Source: the human T2T-CHM13v2.0 reference genome, Homo sapiens. From it: a stretch of 64,000 bases of DNA. The notes under the pieces are model-generated. The model was given only the letters and a program-made list of their open reading frames with translations. It made no database searches and was not told where the DNA came from. Numbering within the stretch: position 1 is the first letter of the stretch; each line of letters begins with the position of its first letter. The stretch lies in the NCBI RefSeq assembly GCF_009914755.1, contig NC_060939.1; one strand, given 5' to 3'. Shown here piece after piece: positions 41,511 through 64,000 of the stretch. The position numbers and the translations under genes were made by a program.

Positions 41511-42549
41511 CTATTTTCTCATCTGCAAAACTGAGATAGTAGGTGACTGTGAATACTAAACAATGTACTACACGGGACCTCACATATAGTAAGTGTTACA
41601 GGCCCTCATAGACTGTTTTCACCCTTGTTCACTACACCTAGCCACATCAGGTGCCTTTCTGCTCTCAAACATCCCAGGACCCTTTGCATTGCAAGGCTTT
41701 GCACTTGATATTCCTCTTTCCTCACTCAGCTCTTCACATTTCTGGCTCCTTCTTGCTTGTCCAGCGTCAATCTCCCAAGAGACGGCTTCCCCAAGAAGTA
41801 CTCTAAGGACCCTCTTTCGTTCATTCTCTCAGATCACCCTGTTTTACTTCCTTCATTACCCTTACTACTCTTCGAACTTTTCTTATTTATTTAAAGATAA
41901 TATGCCAAAGTGATTAAGAGTGCAGGCTCCACAATCAGACTGGTTGCAAACTGCAGCTTTGTCATTTACTAGCAATGTGACCTCGGACAAGTTGTTTAAC
42001 ATCTCTGTGTCTTAACTTCTTCAACTTTAAAATGGGCAAAATAACACACACACATACACACATACACATACCCTGAAAACAAAAAAATAAAATAAAAATA
42101 AATGGGCAAAATAATTATTTACCTCATAGACTTCTTGGGGGAGTTAAATTAGCTAAAACATACAAAGTTACCACAAGAATACAGGTACATTTTAAGCTTT
42201 CAAATATTATTACATATTTGTTTAGTTGCAGTAATCTTAATGCTCTATCAAAGAGCATTTATCAATATGTACCACTAAAAATATCTGAAGCAATAATAAT
42301 TCTTAGTCCAAATGTAAAGATGTCAACTAACAACCAAATGAAGCAGTGCTATTCTGACTAAACCTCAGGAAATACTACTGATGGAAGGGATCTTTTTTTT
42401 TTTTTTGGTCACAAAAGTCAGGAGGAAAAAAAAACACATCTAAAGCTAAAGATCTTTAGTTGGGCAAGGGAAATTTTTTATAAGCTTTATATATAATTAC
42501 CATGTAATTTAGATCAATTTATTAAAAATAAAATTAAAATACAGATGTC

Positions 42550-43990
42550 AGGGGAAAAGGTTTGATTTAAGTAACTTTGGGAAACTTGAAACTGGAAACT
42601 CTAACAACAAAAAGAACTGTATATAAGCACTGTTCTTTTTTGGTAAAGGCATTTCTCATGGAGATACAGGTTAACAATTCTAAAAGTGCTGTACATGGAC
42701 GATGGGACTGAACAAATAAGTTAATAGATGTCAGATGGCGTGAGCCAGATTTCTCACTTTTGGAGAGGGAGGTAATAGATAGCAGAGTAAAGCCAGAATG
42801 AACTATATAGTACTGATAGTCAAAGTCATCAGTATGAACTCATGTTTACCTCAATATAGATACAGATAATAGTTATATATGTGTATACATACATATATTT
42901 TCCAGGTCTATACACTGAAAAGGCCTAGAAGTCATGATATTCCAACAGCAATGAGCACACTGAGTAACCAGATCTTGGTTTCTAACATGATTCACCAAAA
43001 AATAGAACCAGGGATCCTTGGAAAAATGGCTGATTCTAGGGCTGGGGCAGGAAATATACAAGATGAGTCTGGAACTTCTTCTAGTGCCAGAAAGTAAGGA
43101 AGTACTCAAAAAACAAAACAATGGAGTATGTCCTGTTGGTAGAAAAATTTGAGCAACAAAATAAATAAAGTAGTATAGGATTATGACCCCAAGTATAAAA
43201 TAACCATCTATGAGTCCATACATATATAAATAAATGATTGAATAAATATATAAACGGAGAAGAAAAAAAGACTATCCATAGCAGAAGAATTCCAAATAAT
43301 TTTATAGACAGCTCCCCTTTAAGAAAACAGACCTACTGAGTGTGGTCTACAATTAATGACTTGTTTCCAAAAAGACGAGTACGGGAAAACAATACAGTAA
43401 AGAAACCTGGCAAACACTAGCTCAGCCTGGTGACCGAGGTTAACAATATCAGTGATAAGCCGTACTGATAGTATTTCCCCTTGATATGATGCAATGAGAG
43501 CGGCACTTTATCTCTGTGACTCTCCTCCCCCAAACCCATAATCCCAGTCTAACCATGAAGAAAACATCAGACAAACCCAAACTGAGGGACATTCTACAAA
43601 ATCCCTGACCAATACTCCTCAAAACCATCAAAGTCATCAAAAACAAGGAAAGTCTGAAATGCCATCACAGCCCAGATAGGCTAAGGGAAGATGTCAACTA
43701 AATGTATTGTCGTATTCTGGATAGGATCCTGGAACCAAAAAAGAACCTTAGGTAAAAACTAACAAAATCCAAATAAATGAATTTTAGTTAGTAGTAATGT
43801 ACCAACATTGGTTCCTTAACGGTGACAAATTTAACATTGAAATGTCAGACACTGGCAACATGACGAGACCCCCATTTCTTACAAAAAAAAAAAAATAGGG
43901 GAAACTGGGTGCAAGGTATACCTTAACTCCCTGTAACTTTTCTGTAAATCTAAACATATTTTATAAGAAAACATTTATTCAAATTAAATA
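42550..43990 (+). mobile_element. L1MC-type 3' fragment
   Basis: aaaacatcagacaaacccaaactgagggacattctacaaaa...ctcctcaaaaccatcaaagtcatcaaaaacaaggaaagtctga. Confidence 0.75.
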
Positions 43991-45349
43991 AAAATATGGG
44001 GAAGTTGTTGCCTTAACCAATCTGATTTTAGTCCTTTAAGGCATGTATAGTGGGTTGGACAAAAACAGAAATACAGGTAGTATTGTGCAAAATAATCTCA
44101 ACATTGATGAACCATTTATAATACTGTATGTGTAAGTGCCTATAAGTCATTTTTTTATGTGCACATTTTGATTCCTTAATTGGTAAGAACTACAGGAGCA
44201 GAAAGCCCTCCTCCAAGCAGGAGGAGGCCACTCAAATTTGGGACTAAAGCAAAACTGTGGTACTAATTATATTAATAAAAATTCCACCTGGGCCGGGCAA
44301 TGGTGTCTCATGCCTGTAATCCCAGCACTTTGGGAGCCTGAGGCGGGCAGATCACTTTAGGTCAGGAGTTTAAGACCAGCCTGACCAAGATGGTGAAACC
44401 CCACCTCTAACAAAAAATACAAAAATTAGCAAGGCATGGTGGTGTATGCCTGTAGTCCCAGCTACTTGGGAATTGCTTGAACCTGGGAGGCGGAGGTTGC
44501 AGTGAGCCACCACTGCACTCCAGCCTGGGTGACAGAACGAGACTCTGTCTCAAAAAAAAAAAAATCCACATGGCTTTTGTAGTGGTAAATATTTTTTTTG
44601 TTTCTAAATGAAAGCCGAAATACAAAGATCAGAAATTTATAAAGGCTGGGCATGGTGGCTCACGATTATAATTCCAGCACTTTGGGGGGCCAAGGCAGGC
44701 ACATAGTTTGAGACCAGCCTGGGCAACATGGCAAAACCTAGTCTCTACAAGAAAAAAAAAAAAAAATTAGCCAGGAATGGTGACATGTGCCTGTAGTACC
44801 AGCTACTCGGGAGGCTGTGGTAGGAGGATCATTTGAGCCCAAGGGGTTGAGGTTGCAGTGAGCCATGATCACATCACCGCGCTCCAACCTGGGTGACAGA
44901 GCAACATCCTGTCTCTAAAAAAAAAAAAAAAAAAAATTATTAAATTCTTTTTGTTGTTATATTGTTTTGTACGAGACATTTTTATTTTTGAAAAGTTTTA
45001 AAAATAAAATTACCGAAAAATGTAGTATACACTCACATACTCATATATAAAGCATTAACATTTTTCATTTTTGCTTCAGATATATATTTAATAAAAAATA
45101 ACTACGTATATAATAGTTATCACATTGAATTCTGAAACACTGAAACACTTCCTCATGGTCTCAGAAAAGGAGCATAACTAAACATACTTGGAGAAAGTAC
45201 ATTGGAAAGCTCACTATCAACAATATATACTATAGGACAAAATTACAGTAACTTGGGTCCATATTGGTCACTGTTCAAGAAATCTGGAAACTTCAAAAGC
45301 CAAATAAAAATAAGTTTTCCTAACATTTGTAACTATCCTGAAAATACCT

Positions 45350-46580
45350 AAAAACAAACAAAAAAACTTACAAATCAGTAAGAAATCAAAGAATTTGATA
45401 ACCCTAACTGCTGGCAAGGATATGAAAAAACAGAAATTGTTTGCAATATCCTATAAATATCTTATAAAGGGAAAAATATTTATATCCTAGGACCCAGCAA
45501 TTTGACAGTCAGGTATATGACCTGGAGAAACTATGGCATGTTGCTTCAGGAGCTACAAGAATATTCATGAGGCAATGTTTATAATAGATAAAAAATGAAA
45601 ACAATTTAAATGCTCATCAATAGAAGAAATGATAAATTGTATATATTCATTCACTGGAACACTATACAGCTGTGTAAATAAATGAACTACACCTACAGTA
45701 TCAACAAGGATTGAGGGCAGAAAAAAATAAAATGAAAAAAGCAAGCTTTAAAATCCATTATACCATGACACAATCATATTAACAGCTGCTTAAACTTACT
45801 AGAACATACATGTTTTGTTTTTTTTCTAGTGCCAGGCTCAGTTTTTACCACCTTATATAAATTAGCTCATTTAGGCCAGGCACAGTTGCTCATGCCTATA
45901 ATCCCAGCACTTTGGGAGGCCAAGGCGGTAGGATTGCTTGAGCCCAGGTGTTTGAGACCAGCCTAGGCAACATGATGAAACCCAGTCTCTAAAAAGAAAA
46001 AAAAATTAATAAAAATAAGTAAAACAAATAAATAAGCTCATTTAATTTTTACAACAATTCTATGAAGTGGACACCTCTATCATCCCTATGTGATAGATGA
46101 GGACACTGAGGCATGTAAAGAATTAAATAACTTACCTAAGGTCACAAAATTAAGTAGCAGAGTCAAGATTCACACCAAGGGAGTATGATTTGAAATGTAC
46201 TACAATGTGCATGTTCTACAAAAGCACCCAAAGCAATGCCATGTCATTGCTCATATATATAGTTTATTAAAAGATAAACTAGAAGGATACAAATCAAATT
46301 CATTACAACAATTTCCTCTGGGAGGGGAGATGAAGGTGAGGAGGATAAAACTGGGGAGAACAAAAGGGACTTTAACATGATCTGTAATATTCAAGAAAAG
46401 TATAAAGTTCTACATTGCTCTTTTAGAATTCAATGTGATAACTATGATATAAATAGTTATTTTAAATTAAATATATATCTGAAGCAAAAATGAAATATGT
46501 TAACATTTTATATGTGGGTATGTGGGTGTATACATTTTTGCTATTTATTTTTAAAACTTTTCAAAAATAAAAATCTCTCA
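45350..46580 (+). mobile_element. Old L1ME-type 3' fragment interrupted by an Alu monomer and a MIR
   Basis: Degraded L1M motifs such as gacccagcaatt and aaatgctcatcaatagaagaaatgataaattgt. Confidence 0.6.
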
Positions 46581-47338
46581 TCTACAAAACAATATTACAA
46601 TAAAATTAAGAAATTTAATAAAGTTCTGATCTTCATATTTCAGCTTTCATTTGAAAACAAAAACAGCTAAACTGTGTGAACTTATGTATGTATATACACT
46701 TTAACATACATATGGAAAACACATTTTTACACAGATCAAGAGAGACAGGTTTTAACAAAGTATATCAGAAACAGTATCTCTCTTACTATACATTTTAATG
46801 ACTCACTATTCTCAGTGAAAATAAAGTATAACACTAGCAGGAAAATTCCCTTGATATCTTTCTACCTCTTTCTTTTTTGTCTCTTCTCTCTCTTGCTTTC
46901 TACTTGTGATTTTTAACAGAAGGAAGCACAAAGTAGGAACTAAGAAAGTGTCACACATTTTAAAAATAATAACGGCCATAGATGAATATATACCCAGCCC
47001 TTCTAAATATAGCATTCCCGAACCTACAATCAAGTAATGTTTCAAAAATTTATTTGTAAATTTTTTGTCTAGAACTCACAGCATACCTTCCCATGAAGAA
47101 AGTTACAAAAGGATATGAGCACCAGGAAAAAGATACTGCCTAAGGTGCCAGGCTACTGGCAGAGAAACAGGAAAAGCAGAGTACACAATATGTACTGATG
47201 GTCCAGAAAGCAAAAAAAGCATTGTGACCCAGGGTCTGAGGGCAGAAATCACTATTCATTTATTTACCTTTGTAATCTCAGTAACTAGCAAATTATCTGG
47301 CATCTCATAATCAAAGACCATTGCCTACTGACTGATGA

Positions 47339-47809
<471 letters not shown>

Positions 47810-48082
47810 TAAGAGAACACCTTCATCTAAATTACAAGCTGTGTCTATTATTGTGTAATGCAAATAAGCATGATATTTTGGGTTAGTTTTGCTAACAATG
47901 AATCTTAAGATAGTTTTCCTACTGTAGCAATAGTTATTTGGGATTTTCAGTATTTTCTCCTATGACCCTTGAAAATATTTCAATGTCTTCTTTGTAATTA
48001 TAAGAGTAATAACCGGCCAGGTGCAGTAATCACAGCACTTTGGGAGGCCAACGCGGGCAGACTACTTGGGCTCACGAGTTCA

Positions 48083-48310
<228 letters not shown>

Positions 48311-50919
48311 TTATTCAGAATAGAGAAAAGCACAAAAACTAAAATAAAAATTACCCATAATCCGATCACCCAGGGATAACATCTCTTACTATTTTATATG
48401 TCTCCTGCAAATCTTTTTGCCATTTACATGTATATGTTTCTTTATATTCTAATTTTTCTCTTAATATTATATTATACTTATGTCAGTACATTTTTAAAAT
48501 GATTTTTAGAAGTTGTATCCACCATATAGATTATCATTAATTTCACCATTCCCATACTATAATGCATTTGACTATTAAAATTGTTCCACTCTTATAAAAT
48601 GCTAAGTTTTAAAAAAAACTTTTGTTTTTTGAGACAGGGTCTTACTCTGTTGCCCAGGTTGGAGTGCAGTGGCACAATCATAACTCACTGCAGTCTCAAA
48701 CTCCTGGGCTCACGGGATCCTCCTGCCTTGGCCTCCCAAAGGGCTGTAATAACAGGCGTGAGCCACCTCATAGGGCCTAATCACTTCTTAAAAGTACATT
48801 TCTACATTGGTCTTGTAGAATTCAAAGTGATAACTATGATATACAATAATAAAGTGTGGTGTGCTTGACTCCCTCCACGCCCAGCATCCTCCCACAAATT
48901 CTACTGAATAAACAATCAATATAGGGTATTAGATTAAAAAAAAAAAAAAGGAAGAAAAATGTATCAGCTATTCTCAGTCACTCTTCTTCTACCTGTGGTA
49001 GGAAAAAGGAAAAATCCCACAAAGATAAGTCTCTGACATCAGAGAAGGCAAGAATAACAAGTCAATTTTCCTGCTAGAGCAACTTTTGTTTTCCACCTAG
49101 AACAACGCACCATCAATTTAAGTAGGAATAGCACAAGGTTTATTATATACCAAACAACTCTATCTGCATCAGTGCTTTAACTAGGTTTTTGTAGGACATA
49201 GAATGCTTTGAAAAATTCTGCAAACAACAAAATATAATGTAACTAATATCACTCAGTGGAAAACCAAGTTTTATAATAGCAGTTATAAGAGTAATAACTG
49301 GCCGGGTGCGGTAGCTCACGCCTGTAATCTCAGCACTTTGGGAGGCCAAGGCGGGCAGATTGCTTGGGCTCACGAGTTCAAAACCAGTCTGGGCAACATG
49401 GCGAAACCCCGTCTCAAAAAATACAAAAATTAGCCAAGCACGGTGGTGCACGCCTGTAGTCCCAGCTACTTTTATTTTACAATTCTATTAATCCCAGCTA
49501 ATTTTATTTTACAATTCTGCCATAATTTTTTTAATGAATTAATAAATGTCATGTAGTCTCTTCTTCTAGCCTCCCAATTATACTAAATACTATTCAAGTT
49601 ACCAGAAATAGGACAACAGTTCCAGGAACTTGAGAATCAATAACTCTTTAAACCAGTGGTAATTCATGTGGAAAAGTTCAGAACAAATCAGCATCAACTT
49701 CCTGGCTCTCTTGCACAGACAAAAAATTCATATTGCTTCACCAATTTTCAAAAATGTAAATTTGTGTATATAAGTTTAAAACTTGGACCAAAAGTTATCT
49801 ACATTTATTCCCAATTTGCGACTGGTATCAAGATCAATTAACTTTCTCAGCAAGTACACTGTTATAAAATTCCACAGTGATCCCAGAATGGAAGGGGCTT
49901 AAAAAATAATATAAAACAAAAATTAAACTCCACAGTGAAGTAGGTCTATGTTTAATCATTCAGAAAAAGAAAATTATGTAACATATTATATATAATGATG
50001 ATGATAACATATGCTGTTCTGGACTCCTACTGAGAGCTGTGGTTCAAAGGGAAATCGTGAAAATAAAGTAAAAATTGCCGAAAATGTTTAATTCTGCCCA
50101 AAACAGTTTCCAAAAAAGAAGCCAAATATAATATTTTATTTTAAGTTCAAACAGGGTTCAAACAGCTCAGAAATTTTGTATACTTAAGTTTTCAGAAGTC
50201 GAATCCCAGAACCGCTATCAACATAAACTGAATAACTTGCTCAAGAGTCCTTACTTATTACCCAATCTTAGGTCCCCCAGAATACTTCTTAAAATAATCC
50301 CAAATGTACTACAATAGATTAGCGTAACCGGGGCTACGCTGTTTACAGGTGTCTCCACCTCCTCCCCCAAGGAGAGAAGAGGTATACTAGGGTAAACAGA
50401 AAATAGAAGGAGACTATATACACACCAAATAACAGCTTGTAATCTTCTAAGACTTCTTTTACATTCGGGCTATTCTTTTCATTAACGTATAATACATTTT
50501 AAAGAATAACATATTCACAGAGTAATACAATTTCTGCCCTCACGGGTCTCTAGCTGGCTGACACGCGTTTTCTCCTCAAATAAATACATGCCTGTTGACT
50601 GATGCCTGTCCTGCTGTTGCAAACAAGAAATAACTGTCCTATAAGACAAAAACCTCTCTCTACGGTTCTAGGCGTAACCATACGTTTGAATTAAAAGCAC
50701 ATTGGAACAACAACAACAATCTTCCAGCACATCTGTCATTTAAAAGCACGATAATGAAAAGCTGTCGCTGCGACCCAATTTTAGGTCACAAGCTTTTTAC
50801 TGTTTTTCCTGCCCCCCACCTCCAGAAAACAATAAACTTCAAAGGGAATGGTGGTAACCAGGAACAGTTCCCTTCCCCCACCACACACCCCCCCAAAAAG
50901 ACTAGAAAAAAAACTGGTC

Positions 50920-52090
50920 AACTTGGACGCTGGCCGCGCTCACGCAGAACCCGTGCCCGCGGGCCGGGGAAGGCTGAACAGACCCTGGGAGGAAAAGTGG
51001 GCCTGCAGGCACCCCGGGCTCCCCCCGCCGCCTGTCTCAGATACCGAGCAGGTGGGATTCCGGGAAGCCACCTCCGACTTACGTAACGGGCTTGTCAAAA
51101 TCCCAGATCCAGGACCTCCCCCTCCCCGCCCCCACTCCCAAATAACAACAGCCCCAGGCCAGCCTGGAATAGAAAATCTGGAATGAAAACACAGGAGCCC
51201 CCCACGCGTCCGACGCAGAGGCGCGGGTGCTACTCTCAGCACCGCCGCGCCATCCCGGGGCGGACCGAGCCGCGGAGCACCTCCCGGATCTCAGGAGCTC
51301 TCGGGCGGAGATCTCGGCCATCCGTGCCTCCTCCCCGAACCCACCCGCCCCGCTCCCGCGCCCCCGGCTGTCACCTCTCCGGGCCGTGACAGCTCCACCT
51401 GCCACCGCTGCCCGGGTCGCCGCCCCCGCACTCACCACCCAGCTGGCTCCCGTGCGAGCAGCGGATCGAGCTCGGAGAGCGGCGCCGGAATCCCGCACGC
51501 GCGGTAGCGGAACACGAGGGGCTGAATGCCGCGGCGCTCTGAGCCCGCTTAGCTCATCCCCAGCCCGGCGCTCCGCCCTTCGCGGCACCCCCGCCCGCCC
51601 GCCCAGGCCTGCCGTCTCAGTCAGACGGGACTCCCCCTCCCCTCGCGGCCGCCACTGCCTCCGCCTCTTTCTCCGACTCTAGCCTCCGCGGCCACCGCGA
51701 CCGGCGCCATCTTGGCAATGACGGAAGGGGCGGGGGCGGGAATCACGCCCGCGAGCACCAATCGAAGGCCGGATCTGGCCCGAGTGGGAGGAGAGGGCCG
51801 AGTTGAGGGTCGTGGGGTCCTAGCGCCAAACTGATAATGGGGCGGTGAAGGTGGGCGGGACTAAGTCGCCTTAGTCCGTGACGTGCGGTGTAGTTGGGGA
51901 AACGCACCGTGGTTCCCCGTCGGGTCAGGAGATCCCGAGCCCCAGGCTGGCGTGGGCGAAGCGTACAATCCCTTCACCTTTCGTCACCCAGAGGCACAAG
52001 AATCCAGTTCGCGCCAACTGACCTGTTTCTTCCTTCCTCCCCGGCACTCTGGGAGTCCTGAGATTGCCTTGCTCGGTTCGTCTCAGACTT
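50920..52090. promoter_or_regulatory. DENND4A: CpG island / TATA-less promoter of DENND4A
   Basis: Abrupt GC- and CpG-rich block in an AT-rich background. Contains GC boxes (51727-51740, 51853-51859), CCAAT (51758-51762), ETS-like CGGAAG (51722-51727), CRE-like TGACGTG (51879-51885) and a YY1 motif (51705-51713). Confidence 0.9.
51436..51720 (-). other. DENND4A: DENND4A non-coding exon 1 (TSS approximate)
   Basis: Strong donor GTG|GTGAGT at 51436/51435 inside the CpG island. A YY1-type CAAGATGGCG motif at ~51705-51714 is typical just downstream of a TSS. Confidence 0.8.
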
Positions 52091-52762
52091 GCTAGATCTG
52101 AGCAGCTGCTGCTCCTCCACCAAGGGTGCTCACATTCTCCAGGAAACTCCCTTAAGGGTTAGCAACCGCCGAGTAGGTTTCGGTCCCAAGATAGAAAGGT
52201 AAAGCGGGGAATTCAGGGGGTTTCTCCGAAAAGTACGTTGATGAAACAGCTATTGTTGACTGACGGGGTGTCGATTACTTTGGATTAATTGGATACGGCC
52301 TACTTAAACCTGACTGTGGCTCTCCACCATTGATGGCTGTTGACAGATGAGGTTAATAAAGCTTGATTACCCCCATGGGGTTGCTCGGGAGTTAAATTCT
52401 ATAGTACCTGTGAAGTACTTAGTATAGTGCTTGAAAGTACTCAATAAATGTTAGACATTATTCCATGGACAAATGAAAGAAGAAACAGGACCCCCAAAAT
52501 CCCTCTGCTTTAAAGTCAACTTTTCCTAAATTGCATAGCCTTTTACTAACCAAGTTTACAACTTTATTTCCTACCTCCAGTTCTTTCATTGTATTCATTC
52601 ATTCAGTCAACAAACATCCATACAGAGGGTGCACAGTGGTGAGGGAAACAGAAAACCTTTGCCTTCAGGAAACTGCAGTTTAGTGGGAGAAGAGGGACAA
52701 TAAAAAAGTACTTAAGCACATTTTAAGGGGAAACATGCTATAAAGGTTAGAAAAATAACTGA

Positions 52763-64000
<11,238 letters not shown>

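Noticed and set aside
50754-51682. Overlapping 100-169 aa Arg/Pro/Ala-rich ORFs on both strands
   Set aside because: Expected from stop-codon scarcity in a CpG island. Mostly non-ATG starts and no recognisable domain.
51858-51877. 8-bp inverted repeat ggactaag-tcgc-cttagtcc in the promoter
   Set aside because: Too short to distinguish from chance.

Overview
Primate (very likely human) genomic DNA, AT-rich and dense in Alu, L1, L2 and DNA-transposon fossils. The window holds the 5' end of DENND4A on the minus strand. It includes a CpG-island promoter and non-coding exon 1 (~51436-51720), a 79-nt non-coding exon (20783-20861), and the first three coding exons (15563-15873, 11802-12051, 1137-1206). 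These splice in frame through GT-AG junctions and encode the N-terminal MABP region. Intron 1 contains a sense-oriented processed pseudogene of DNAJB14 (29120-31577) with a poly(A) tail and target-site duplications; it appears to be copied from an exon-skipped mRNA. About 12 kb upstream of the promoter is mostly repeats, including a ~530-bp TA-rich tract. I found no convincing new protein-coding gene or novel multi-gene system, and nearly all other ORFs in the track are Alu or CpG-island artefacts. The best leads are a splice-dependent cluster of upstream AUGs around the DENND4A start codon, the exon-skipped retrocopy with its sense poly(A) signal, a polyadenylated LTR retrocopy, an RPL12-leader-like stub, and several short dispersed duplications. 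Gene and repeat-family names come from recall, not database searches, and repeat boundaries are approximate.
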